A DNA stretch of 64,000 bases from Phallusia mammillata. Its lineage: Eukaryota. The stretch covers positions 13,950,001 through 14,014,000 of the forward strand of contig OZ281499.1 of NCBI GenBank assembly GCA_965637545.1, written 5' to 3'. Position 1 is the first letter of the stretch; each line of letters opens with the position of its first letter. Shown in pieces: positions 49,198 through 61,709 of the stretch. The notes beneath the pieces were generated by a model. The model was given only the letters and a program-made list of their open reading frames with translations, was not told the origin of the DNA and did no database searches. Position numbers and translations under genes: made by a program.

Positions 49198-50448
49198 ATT
49201 TCTCGACTAATGCTGTACAAAATTCTTTGTCTTAATTCACAACTACCCACATCTGCGTTTTTGCTGCGTTGACATTTCATATCAAAACTCTTATCACTAT
49301 TTTGAACACGTGCAGAATGACACAATAAGCACAACTGAAGTCGCTTCGGGCCGAGTATACTGCGCTTCAAATCATTCAGGCAACCCCTTCTAGACCGCCT
49401 GACCGATCGGGAGTTGAGGCGCAGTAAAGCGCCTGGTTTCGTTACGTCACTTCCGTTTTTCGACCTTGAGGTTTAGTACTGCGCCTCAAAAGTGGCCATG
49501 GAAACGTAGTAAATGTTTCCCAGATATTTCTGAGTGTTTTACTTGTTAATAAAACAGCTTTAGTAAAATGTTACAACACATAATGTGGCACATGAAAAAA
49601 TGCTTTGAAACAGGAATATGGCGTAATAATTAAAATTGTACAATTTGAATTTTTCAGAAAATCGCACACGTTGACTTTACAGTAGGCATTAAACAGTTGC
49701 ATGCATTTTATGTTAAGATTGTATGTCATTTTTAAAAATCTATCTTGTAGTAGGTTGAAAATAAAATAGTAATTGCACAGCTTTGTTGTCTTGATTTACA
49801 GAAAAAACTTTGCATGTGAAATAAGAAAAAATTATTTCATATTTTAGAAAAATAAGTTAAGTATATGTATTTAAACAAAACTGGACAGTGGAGTCCAGGA
49901 GTAGGAACAACGTTTCGTGACAGAACTTTAATCTTCTGCCGAATCCACTTCCAACATTGAAGATTTTATCCATGAGAGTATTTTAAATCCTGGTAAATTG
50001 ATTCTGGCAATGTTCAATTGGCATTGTTTCAACGATTTCCAACATTCATTATATGTATATCATAAGTTAGGAAATCTTTATTTCCTGGTTAAAATCAGTT
50101 GACACTCGTATGAAGAACAAATTAATTTCGCTGAAAAGCATCTTCAGTGTCTACAGAGAGCAATAAAAGGGATTAAAATTAGAAAAAAGCTAAAGTTCCT
50201 TCACAAACACGATCATTCCTCAACTGAAAGCCTAACTGACTAAACTGTCTGTGAACGCGCAATGACAGATGAGAAACGCACGAAAGAAACAAAACCAGCG
50301 TATTTTACGCATAAGTCCAAACGTCCCACAAACTCTTTCTTAGAGCGCATAAACCATTACTTACCTTCCTAACACCAGGCATACAAACTGGCGCCAGTTT
50401 GTTTACTTTTGATATGTGGTGTCATAATGCATATCTTTTTATTCACGG

Positions 50449-50605
50449 TAGTCAGGCTGGAGAGCCTGCATCAAAGTGATTTTACCTTTTCGCCATGTCT
50501 ACGATTTCTATCTTCGAAATTCCCCTCGTATGTTCTTCATGGTCTTTGTTTACTTTTCGCCGGGTAAGCAGTAAGCACTTTTATGCAGTCTTTCCAGCCT
50601 GACTA
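50449..50605. repeat. 157-bp hairpin (possible MITE)
   Basis: 30-bp arms TAGTCAGGCTGG.. with 3 mismatches; CGG on both flanks. Confidence 0.55.
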
Positions 50606-50981
50606 CGGTAACCATTGCCAGTTGATTGTTACCGTCATGAGTGGATGATTTCTATTTGGCGCATTGGGAAACCCGGATGCATGGCTTCTGTAAATGCGAA
50701 AACATGTGGCCTGCACTAAGTATTTTTTAATTTATTGATCACGTTTTACTGGTAACTCAAAGTTGTGATTACTGCTGTGCGAACGTTGTCTGCAACCTGT
50801 TTGAAATTCCTTCGCCAAGAGCCATATTGTACCTGGAATAAGGGAAAGGCTGCAAAGATTCAAATGATTTTGACATGAAATGTGTTCAAGCAAATTGTGA
50901 ATCCAATATAGGGCGATAAGTGTAAATTCAGCATTAACTATGTGAGATAGGTATCAGGTGGCCAAACAACAGACATTGTTT

Positions 50982-51162
50982 AGCTCCGCCATAGATAACT
51001 TATAATTATTATTTAAAAAAAAAAAACTTTAAATAATACAAAACTTTTATTATTTTTATTTTAATAAAATGCCGATTAATGCCATAAAAATTATTCTTAG
51101 TATACACTGATCAAACATAAAAACTATTTGTAAAGATTGTTTTGTATAACAACTTGGAATAG
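50982..51162 (+). repeat. Fragment homologous to 41170-41350 (non-autonomous hAT interior)
   Basis: Near-identical AGCTCCGCCATAGATAAC ... AACTTGGAATAG. Confidence 0.85.
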
Positions 51163-52050
51163 TTTAATGGTGAAAATAACGGCCCAAATAGACGTAAAAA
51201 GCGACATGCTTTATTGTTCAAACGTTTCGGCAAATGCTCATGCCATCATCAGCGATATGAAGGCCACATCATTTGCACCCATTTATATACACTTTAGTCG
51301 CATAAAAGGTGCGAAAAAAGCGAGGTGTAAGCCACCTGCGAGTGTGCGTCTGGCCAAACAGGTGCAGAGCAACTACGACATACAATATATTTACAAACAA
51401 AGAAACAATAGTAGGACAGCACGTCACATCAAAAATAAGCAATAAGTTAATTAGGTATTAAACAAATACAGAGGAACCGACTTAGAATCAACGTTTAATT
51501 CCGGTTTATAGCGTTGAATGAAAATTGATTCCAGTAACATTAGTCGATAGCGGTCCCTGGCTGTCCCAAGCACTTCCGGGTTTTTAAACTCCACTACATG
51601 GTCTTTGTTGGCCTGAAGGTGTTGACACACCTCGGACGTTGCGATTTGTTGGTGTTCATGAACTCGCGTTCCAAGGTTTCGCCTGGTTTCTCCAATGTAG
51701 GTTTTTCCACAAGAACATTTCAGTCTGTAAACAACCGAAGATCGGTTGAGTAATCCTTGCATGTCTTTATGCACAAATGCTTTCACAAGCTTCTGTGTTT
51801 GGTGGAAAATACGTACACGGATCTTTCCGTCTGTTGCTTTAAGGATAAAACTGAAGAGTTTTTTCTGTATGCGGTGGTTGATGTCGCCAAGGTATGGTAG
51901 TTTGATGCAACTAAATTTGGTGTTGGAATCCAAATCTGTGGACTTAGCTACATGGAGGTAGCGTCTGTTTAACACCAACCTAATACACCTGGATACGAAC
52001 TTGGCCGGATAACCATTTTGATTTTCTGTAATGGAACCGAAACCATCAGC
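51163..52050 (-). mobile_element. Heavily 5'-truncated Penelope-like element (GIY-YIG plus pLTR)
   Basis: KLPYLG, SSVVYRLKCSCGKTYIGETRRNLGTRVHEH, LLESIFIQRYKPELN. Confidence 0.88.
51216..51255 (-). ncRNA. Candidate minimal hammerhead ribozyme in second Penelope pLTR
   Basis: Minus strand: CTGATGA-T-GGCA-tgagcatt-TGCC-GAAAC-GTT-TGAAC. Confidence 0.55.
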
Positions 52051-52700
52051 GGTTTGAACCGTCGCATGGGCGCAAAGTTTTTTTTAAATACCGGGGGTGA
52101 GCCTTGCAGAAGCCAATGCCATGTGTGGTATCTTTACCCGTACCACACTTTGGGACTAAACAGCACAGATACTTTTTGCAAATAGTCACTTGACACATTT
52201 GCTTCCTTCGGTATCGGACGTTTTGCTGCTCTTCTCTGAGAACACCTGTACGCACTGAATATACGATTTGCCGAATCCGCAATTTTAATTACGACAGCGG
52301 GGAATGAAAGTAAAAGTGATTCACATTTTAAATACATCCTACTTTGCATGTTAATGGCAAAACTTTGGTCACTTAAGATCAAGTTTTGGACGTTGCAGTA
52401 CTTTGCAAACTGACATTAAACCCGGCATTGGGATCGTTAACACAGACCCGAACAATACACCTAAAGATGGAGGAAAAGCAACTTGTATTGTTCAATGTTG
52501 GTACAAGAAATTTAATAAACGTATCTTTTATTGCATGAGGTTATTGCGCCCTGAAATGCAAACGCTATATTACGAGTGTAAGTTATGTTGCAATAAGTGC
52601 CCGTTTATTTCAAAACAATTACAATTGTTGCGTTTCAACCAATGTTTGTACGGTCAATAAAGTGACTACAAAGGGTGCATCTAAAATATACAGGATCGCT

Positions 52701-54110
52701 TGAATCACTTGGTGCACCTACATATCACTTGGTGCACCTTTATACCGCTTGGTGCACCTTTATATCGCTTGGTGCGCCTTCACATCGCTTGGTGCACCTT
52801 TATATCGCTTGGTGCACGTTTATATAACTAGGTGCACCTTTATATCGCTTGGTGCGCCTTTATATCACCTGGTGCAGTGGTCGTCAACCTATGGGTCGCC
52901 TAAACTTTTTCTGGGGTCGCAATAAGTCGCCGAATTTAATTTATTGCATTTTAAAATTGATTACAGAAAATGAAACTAATATTATGTTCTTTTAGATGGC
53001 AACTTTTGCTCTTGTTTTGTGGTACAGCTTGCTACCTCATGTTGCAATTAAATAGTGGTAGTGGAAAAACAGAAAATGCCTTTATCGCGCAACAATGGAC
53101 TTCGACAACGTTTATTATGACTCAACACTGTAAGTTTGTAATATTTAAGGTGACACCAGAACGAGTGAATAGTTATTTATGCAACGTACCCAACTATGCC
53201 AAATTTTTCTAATCCCGTTTTCAACCACGTGTCTGTGTGAAGCAGGATTTAGTGCAATGAGTGTATTAAAAACGAAACATCGTAATCGATTGGAAGTGGA
53301 GCATGACATGCGGTTAAGCTTGTGCAAAGTCCAGCCGTGGCTTCAAAAACTTGTGAACAGTATACAGGCGCAACCATCTCACTAACAGTACAAATTAAAT
53401 GTTGAACAATTTTGTGTAATTGTTCTTTCGGTTCAGCATTACTTAAAACATTTTTCTCAGTGTTGAAAAAAAAATGGGGTCGCATGTAAATTCTGATTTC
53501 ATTTTCCCTTAAATTGGGGTCGCCTATAAAAAAGGTTGAAGACCACTGACCTGGTGCACCTTTATATCGCTTGGTGCGCCTTCACATTGCTTGGTGCGCC
53601 TTCACATCGCTTGGTGCACCTTTATATCGCTTGGTGCAGCTTTATATTACTTGGTGCACCTTTATATCGCTTGGTGCGCCTCCACATAGCCTGGTGCGCC
53701 TTCACATCGCTTGGTGCGCCTTCACATCGCTTGGTGCAGCTTTGTATTACTTACACCTTTATATCGCTTGGTGCACGTTTATATAACTAGGTGCACCTTT
53801 ATATCGCTTGGTGCGCCGTTATATCGCTTGGTGCGCCGTTATATCGCTTGGTGCGCCTTCACATCGCTTGGTGCACCTTTATATCGCTTGGTGCACCTTT
53901 ATATCGCTTGGTGCACCTTTATATCGCTTGGTGCGCCTTTATATCGCTAGGTGCACGTTTATATCGCTTGGTGCGCCTTAATATCGCTTGGTGCAGCTTT
54001 ATATCGCTTGGTGCAGCTTTATATCGCTTGGTGCGCCTTTATATCGCTTGGTGCGCCTTCACGTCGCTTGGTGCACGTTTATACCACTTGGAACTTCGTA
54101 TTACTTGGTA
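52701..54110. repeat. 20-bp minisatellite (TATATCGCTTGGTGCACCTT), ~37 copies, split by a hAT
   Basis: Direct reading; ~9 copies lie left and ~28 right of 52875-53548. Confidence 0.95.
52875..53548 (+). mobile_element. Internally deleted hAT retaining the transposase C-terminus
   Basis: TIRs CAGTGGTCGTCAACCT / AGGTTGAAGACCACTG; TSD ACCTGGTG; PFSTTCLCEAGFSAM..RNRLEVEHDMRL. Confidence 0.9.
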
Positions 54111-54329
54111 CACATTTATATCGAAATAAATAATCACATTCACATGGAGCGCTGACTGCCTTTTTCGTCTAGTACGATTTGCATTTTACGGCACCATTTA
54201 TATGAACGAATTTTTTTGTGTAAAATAAACCCCCATGTATTTACGATAAGCTGATGCAAACAAATATTAAGTTACGAATTAAAAACGAAAATCACACAAA
54301 CACATCTGGTTATATGTAAGCATTTTTCT

Positions 54330-56412
54330 TTAGTGGTTCATTTTTTTGCTGCGATGTTTTCTTCTCCTTTTTTTGACCTCGCTTTTTCCCTGCACCTCCT
54401 GAGGGCAGACGTGTAAGAAGGGAATTATCAGTGGACGATTGGTGTTTGTTTTGTTTTATTCAGTCTAAATTTTGAAAAATTAAGCAAGTATTAAAGCTTC
54501 TCCGAATCGGAATTCTTGGACCATTCATTGATCGGCATAGCAAAATGCTCATAACCTGGCGCCAGATGAAAGGGTCCAAGGTTAACTATCGCTTTTGTTA
54601 TTTCTTTATACTGAGCTTTCACAACGCCATAGATCTGATCGATGAGTTTGGGGATCTTTTGTTGTTTCCAGCCTGATTTGCATTTGAGGACATGATTAAG
54701 GGATTCGCTGTTGTTGTTTGTCCAAATGTTTCCAATTAGTGGCATTTTTCTCCATTGCTTTTCTTTTGCTGTTTCTAAAAATCTAACTAAATACGGCCTA
54801 GCCAAAGGTTGATCATTGCATATTTGGAGAATTTCTGCACATTTAACGTCAAATTCATCCTCAGTGGTGGATTTGATTAGGTCGCCGTACATTTGTAACA
54901 AACTGTTGCGACGTTTTTCTTCAGCGCCCATTATATCGCGAAAGAATCGCGTCACGTCATCCTTTAGATGTTCATTGCATAAAACATGATTACAGCCCGA
55001 AAAGGCACGAGTTGCTGCTTTATGCATAGCTTTCTCGTCGTCCGAACCAAAAATTAGGTTGTCAAAATCATCATCTAAAACCACACTTAAATTTCCAAAA
55101 AAGTCAAAGAACGCTTGATAGTCTGACTTGTTGTGTAAAAACAAAGGCCCAAAGAAAATTGGATGTCCTCCCGTTTTAGTCCGCACAACACCCAAATGCT
55201 TAACTGTTGTAACAGTGACGAAAATGGGACCCAAATTAAACGTTTTGTCTGCTCCCAAAACTGTCTTGCCAGTAAGGCAAAATCGTCGCAAATCAAGTAC
55301 TTGTTCATCCAAATATAAATGAATGCTGGTGGGCGTGTCTTTGCCGTGTGACACTTTACGTACGAACTCATGGGTGGCTGTCATGCTGATGACCTTTAGA
55401 ATATCGTCAGCGTAATTTTTTGCGTGCGATGCCGGAGATGTTTTTGTTTTCTGGTCGTTGTATTTTTTTCTGTGGAACTGCTCCAAATTTCTCACGCCAT
55501 CAATCAGATTATCAGACTGTTGCAGTTCGTCATAAAGGTCCTTGGCACCCTGACCCCTTGACAAACAATCTCCAATTTTGTTTAAAACATCAGGGCGAGT
55601 TCTTACGTAAACATTTTTTATTTATTTTGAATTGCCGTGATGTGTATGCCCTGGATGCTTTCCTATGTATTCTGCTATAAAAACTGTTTTAAATTCTTGA
55701 TCCAAGTACTTTTCCAACCAGCATATTTTTCTTTTGTGGGACGTGTCATTTGCTAATTTGGCATAATAGCTACCAAGTATTATAATTTCGTTTTCATTGG
55801 GCTGTGGTTCCAAAATATTGTAGGTGCCCTTTCTTGGATTTCTAACAGTGTATTGTTTTTGAAAAATTCTTATTTCCACCAGATTTTCGCCGTTCTTCCA
55901 ATAAATAATTCTACTGTATGGTAAGCTACACCATGTTCCACAATCATCGTGAATTTTTTTGTTAATTGCTGCCCTTATTCGGTTGACATTTGTATTGTTG
56001 TTGACTATAAAAACACGCTTTCTTTCGCTCCCGCTGGGATTTCTTCCAGCGGTGCAAGTTTTGCTACAACCTGACGCGTTGGTAAAAATGTCTCGTATTC
56101 CAATACCCCCCTTTGGGACCCAAATTTGTCATTTTCTTCGGGCGTTTCTTCACAACTGTACGAATCTGAAGATTGAATATCTTCGCAAACCACCGACTCC
56201 TGTAAAGTATCACTTAACACTGCGGAAGATATTTGTGGAGACGAGTGAGTTGGAATCACAGCAACAAAATGATTTGGAGTCCAAACAGAAGTTTTTGAGG
56301 GCCCCACTCTTGACCACATTATGTTAATGGGGTCGCGATCATCAAAATCATCAACTGCTATGATGCGATTAAGGATTTCTACTACTTGGTCTTGTTGACC
56401 ATTGCATGGAGG
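54330..56412 (-). pseudogene. MULE-type DDE transposase preceded by the C-terminal part of a Vertnin/OTU-like domain
   Basis: INIMWSR..WTPNHFVAV; HHGNSK; VLGADKTFNLG, FGSDDEKAM, HVLCNEH, WTNNNSESLNHVLK. Confidence 0.8.
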
Positions 56413-56905
56413 ATCAATCAATCAATCAATGCTCAGGACTTGGCGTCCCCTCGCTTTGATGGACACAAGGTTCTTTCTTCTGATCGCTTCCCTCTCTAGC
56501 GTCAGAAGAGGAACTCCACACTCTTGCCTGATGGCTTCTGTCCATCTCTTGGTCCTCTTCTTCTAGCTTTACCAAAGTCTTGCTTGTAGCTGGAATTTAT
56601 AAGTTCATTGCTTCTGGCGACACGCCCGAACCATCGAAGTCTCCTCGCCGACACCACATCTTCTATGGTCTCGGTCATGTCCAGCGTCTTTCGAATGTGC
56701 TCATTGCTGAGTCTGTCCCTCCGTGTCACTCCTAAGATTGTTCTGAGGCATTTCATTTCAAACACCAGCAAAGCTCTTATCTCCTGTTCTCTGAGAGTCC
56801 ACGACTCAGAACCGTACGTCGCTATAGGAAGGATTAAAGCCCTATATAACCTGAGTTTTAGGGTTCTGGACATGTCTCTAGAGGTCCAGATGTTACTCCT
56901 TAGAC
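56413..56905 (-). mobile_element. RTE-clade LINE 3' fragment with (GATT)n tail
   Basis: KLRLYRALILPIATYGSESWTL..FEMKCLRTILGV..RRLRWFG; ATCA repeats at 56413-56430. Confidence 0.88.
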
Positions 56906-59688
56906 CAGGGATGGCGAACCTTTTTAGTTGAATGGGTCAACCATGATCTCAAAATTCGGAAAGAAAACAAAGTGGGTCACATATTTTATTACATGTCAAT
57001 GCTAAGATGCTTGTTGCTGCATTTTTTCTGAAAGTCTTGTAATCTTAGGTAGTTTTCAGCTTAATACACGCTGCAGTCATATCTGAGCTGAGACGATTCT
57101 TGATTTTATGAAATTCTTGTGTGAAAACAAAGATGAATATGTTGAACCGAACAGCGTCAACAAAGTTACAACAAATCGTTTCAAGTTGTACGTTTAAATC
57201 AGGGGTGGGCAACCTTTTTAACACGAGGGCCACTTTGGGCAATGCAATGCGTACAGGAGGGCCGCACATCAAATAAACACACATTCATATTTTTAGCTTT
57301 TACTGGAAGATCACAAGTACGAGCGTATATAAAATATCATAGCAGATACACATGTGGATGTTCAAATAGAAGTTAGTGAGAAGGTTGATGCTGGATTTTT
57401 TCAACTAAATTATCAATGTTTGGTTCCATGCTAGATGTGCATAGACGCAAACTATCAAGCAGGTGACGGTCAGTCAGATTACTTCTCAGCTTGGTTTTCA
57501 CGTCTTTCATCTGCGAAAACAATTGCTCACAGCTATATGTACTTCCAAACATGCATACAAACTTTTTGCCAAATTGCTTCAAGTTGTAGTATTCCGCCAC
57601 TGGTAGAGACTTATAAAAGTCAATGAGGTTTAGCTTATTAAAATTTTGTACAAGAATGTCATCCTCCTGCAGTGAATTCAATTCAAGCTGGATTTCTACA
57701 GGTGCAGAACTTATTTCACAGCTACAGGGGAGTGAAAGGACGGTCATGGCACTTCTTAAGCTTCGAAATTGTGTGAATCGAGATGAAAATTCCTCACGTA
57801 ATACTGCCACTCTTCGAGCATAACCACCCAGGTTCTCATTGCTGCCATCAAAGACACCTTTTAAAGTGGGAAAAAGGTCAATTTTGTGTTCACGCAAGCT
57901 TTGTTCATAGAGTTGAAGATCTCGCTCGAATGTTCGAAGGTGTTTGAACAATTCATGCACCAACTTGTTTTTTCCTTGCAGCTGGACAATAAACTTAGCC
58001 AATGCTTCTGAAATATCATTTAGGAAGGCCAAATCCATTAGCCAAGCAGAATCAGATAGCTGTGTCACATCCTTTCCTTTCAACTTCATAAGCGTATTGA
58101 TCTCATCTTTCAATTGCTAGAAGCGGTGCAACGTTGAGGCTCTGCTGAGCCAACGGACTTCTGTAAAGTAAATAACATCCCCATGCTCGCTCTCAAGGTG
58201 ACCCAAAAACTCTCGGTGATTATTTTCTCGGTGATTCAATCCTCGGGAACGAATGTAGTTTACTGTTTTTATTACTACTGAAGTAACATGATCCATTTCT
58301 ATTACTTTAGCACACAAGTTTTCCTGGTGTATAATGTAATGCACTGCAACAATATCTGGTTTCAACTCCCGAACTTTAGCAATAACACCATTGTGACAGC
58401 CAACCATTGATGGTGCACCATCTGTGGCAACAGAAATACATTTATTGAAGTCATTAATCCCAATTTTTTTTGTAAGGATGATTGAAGGCCTTCAAATATA
58501 TCAATTCCTCTAGTCGTGCCTTTCTTCGCGTTTAAATCAACCAGTTCTTCAAGTACATTAAAATCCTTGTCTACAATTCGAATAAAGACGGCTAGTTGAG
58601 CCGTGTCTCTGATATCTGTGCTTTCATCCAATGCCAGTGAATAGTATTATAAGTCTTTCGTTTTTACCTTTATTTGATATTCGATATCTGGACATGTCCT
58701 CAACTCGTCTGACTACAGTGCGACGTGATAGAGATACTTCTGAGTTCTGACACACTTTCAAACGCCAGCAAGCATTCTTTTACTATCTCACCATCTGAAA
58801 ATGGCTTTTGGTGTTTGCTGAGAATCTTTGCTATCTTAAAGCTCAGCGCAGTATTAGTAAAATCAGTCTCAGATGTTCTGGTTATTACTTGCTGTTGTGC
58901 TTGCAGGTTCCTGATTAACCTGTCTGAAAGCTGCCTTTTCTCCTCCATGGTATAATTTCCATACTTTTCATTGTGATTTTTTCAAAATGTCTGTTGTTCT
59001 CTTTGGGTTGAGCTATTGAATTCTGGCAGATTAAGCATATTGCTTTGCTATTTACTGAAGTGAATAAATATTTACCAATCCATTCATCATTAAATTTTCT
59101 GCATTCTTCTGCAAAAGTTCTTTTTTTGTTTAGTAGCCATTGCTAATGAGTTATTAGACTGCAACGCTGACTAACACTGTAAACAAGGTTTTGTCAGTGC
59201 TGTCTACCAGACAAGTGTATTGTGGCAGGACAATTGTTACAAGTAAAGCTTTATGAATAACGATTGTGTTGTAATAGATGATTCCCTTTCGAGTTCAACT
59301 GCGTTAGTTTAGCGGTGTAGCATCGTACTTCAAACAGGAAACTGAAAGAGCAAAAGTTCCAACATGATAACCTCTCAAATATACTTACTAAAAATTGCTG
59401 GAAGAACATGAAGGGCCGCACAAAAAGTGCAAAAGGGCCGCACGTTGCCCGCCCCTGGTTTAAATAAACATATTTGTTGCCTCACAATTGACTAAACAAT
59501 CTGAATTTTAAGACAATAGGCAATCTGACAAAGGGCTTGAAGTTAACTGCTGTGTTGCTTTTTAATCTTGGAAATCTGGTAACCCTACCACTAGTAATCA
59601 GTACACAATTTTGAAACTACAAGTGGGTCACTGAAATTAACGTGGTGGGTCACATTGTGACCCGCGGGCCAGTGGTTCGCCATCCCTG
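56906..59688. mobile_element. hAT MITE with non-matching flanks
   Basis: TIRs CAGGGATGGCGAACC / GGTTCGCCATCCCTG; flanks CCTTAGAC versus GGCTAGGC. Confidence 0.8.
57200..59457 (-). mobile_element. Charlie/Buster hAT with frameshifted transposase (57373-59140)
   Basis: TIRs CAGGGGTGGGCAAC / GTTGCCCGCCCCTG; TSD GTTTAAAT; LALDESTDIRDTAQLAVFIR, TDGAPSMVG, EVRWLS, MFGSTYSCEQLFS. Confidence 0.92.
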
Positions 59689-61480
59689 GGCTAGGCGGTT
59701 GCAAGAGGAATTGACAATGCAATGCAGCAAAGTCGATGCAGCTCTGGAAACATTTGCTGGAATACGTTGTCTCGAGCAATTTTGCTGCAAACATCACCGG
59801 GATCTTGGCAGAACTCAAATTCTGGCATTGTCATTCTATCTTTCAACGTTTGATAGTCATTTAGTACTTTCAAGGTTTGTTCAGCAGGAACAATGTCAAA
59901 TCTTCTGATAAGCAGCGAGAGATCATCATTTCCATAAAGCTGGCGCTGAGAGGTATCAAGAGGAATCTCATTAGCATCAAAGATTCGAAAAGCATAGAGT
60001 ACCTTATGCTCAGGGAAACGTTCTTCGAGATTACAGAGCAGTGCCTCACAGTATGTTTCTGTGGTGAATCGCAGCAGTTTAAAATCATCTTCAAGAAGTG
60101 TATTTTGAGATCTTGGTAAAATTTTTGAAATCTTCTCCCAGTCAAGTTTTAGGCTGTTTAAAACCTGATCTGAATTGGCAATGCTCCTAATCTCTTTTTT
60201 GCATATTGAAAGTGCCGACTGCATGTGAGAAAAGTGAAAACTACCTCTTTGAAACAACAATGATAACTTGTTGAGATTTACCAAAGCTGCATTCAGCAAG
60301 CAAAGGGAGAAAAGAAAGCGTTTGGGACAAATTAAATGAAGAATACCAACTGCTGTGCAATCTTTCTTCTCGGTAGCAAAATATTGGAGCGTAGCGTGTA
60401 CAGCAGGCAGTTCTGCTTTCATTGCGATTACAGCCTGACCATGAGATAGCCAGCGAGTACGCCAGGCTTTAACTAGTTTTCGCGCAGACGAATCAACATC
60501 AACAGTTTGCATTTCTTGTAGTTTTGCGGTCTTAAGCGGCGAAATTGAAAAGTACTTCCACGTCTGGACTAAGCCACGTTCGCAATCCTGGATGTGTTGT
60601 AGCTCCTTTACCGTGTCCGTACATGCCAAGGCTAAGCGATGCGAATGGCAGTGCACTGTGTAGGTAATCGGATTTTGTGCAGTAAATTTCTGTGAGAGGG
60701 AATTTCGGCGGCCTATCATTGCAGCAGCTCCATCGCATGCAATAGCGACATGTTTACCCACATCAAGACTGTAGTCAGCAGCGACCTCTTTCCAGTCGGA
60801 ATAGGTTGGCAGCAGTTGCCCCGCGAGCGTCTATCCGACGGATATCCAAAAATGCAGTTGCCTGGCGTCCCTTGTTATTGACGTACTGAACAAATGTAAT
60901 ATATTGCTGCAAAGTAGCAATATCGGTTGTCTCGTCGACCATGGTAGCCCAGCATAGGCTTTGCTTGACATCAGCAACGATGCGATCAGTCAGATGGTCG
61001 GAGATGAGCAAAATAAACTCCGTCACTGCTGTTGAACTGGTATGTCGCAGGTCACGAAGCCGGTCATTGTGACCAATGCGGTCACAACTTTTCGATCCGC
61101 TACTTCCTCTTTCAATACCCAGTAAATTAGGTGTACTTTCTCAGCCACTGTTTTGGTTTTATTTAATACACGATGCGAGACACGTTGGTTCTGTTCCAGT
61201 TTAACTGCTTGCTGGTGTTGCTCCGAGCTCAGATGCATATCCAGCCGAGGGGCGCTGAGGTCTGGCGGGTACGCTGGTGTAAACATCAGCAAACTTGCCT
61301 TGGCCAGTGATAGCTACTGGATGCTTAGAGCAGAGACTACTAAGCAGAGACTGCACACTGCGATTTTTGTTAAGATCCGTTCCGCTTGAACGCGACCAGT
61401 AAGATTGCGGCGTTTATAATGGAAAAGGATAGGAAAAAGTTGTGTTGTCGTCTGTTTTTCGTGTTTACGTGAAGCGTAGG
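59689..61480 (-). pseudogene. ZNF862-like hAT transposase, 3'-truncated
   Basis: MHLSSEQH, WATMVDETTDIA, IACDGAAAMIG, VHCHSHRLALA, TRWLS; ends at SIPLATA before the expected ERGFS motif. Confidence 0.85.
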
Positions 61481-61709
61481 CTTTTGAAATAAATTTTATT
61501 GATTGGTACATCAACTTGACTACTTCTAAAAACATATTGAAGAAAGAAACTTACCGAAGGCGGAAAAAAACGACACAGGTGGCGATTGAATGTACGAAAT
61601 TTGCTACCAAATTTTCGGATGTGCATGTATGACAAAAATGAACCATTGCCAACATCTATAGATTATATTTGCGAAAGGAGATGTAATACGAAATGCTGGC
61701 AGTTACAAA

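Larger units (their letters stand above)
22855..49511 (+). mobile_element. PIF/Harbinger-type element C, outer host of block 2
   Basis: TIR TACTACGTTTACATGGCCACTT / AAGTGGCCATGGAAACGTAGTA; flanking AAT at 22852-22854 and 49512-49514. Confidence 0.8.

Noticed and set aside
53536-54133. Leucine-rich ORFs (LGAPLYRLV..) and a possible CRISPR array
   Set aside because: Head-to-tail 20-bp minisatellite with no unique spacers, no cas genes and a eukaryotic context.
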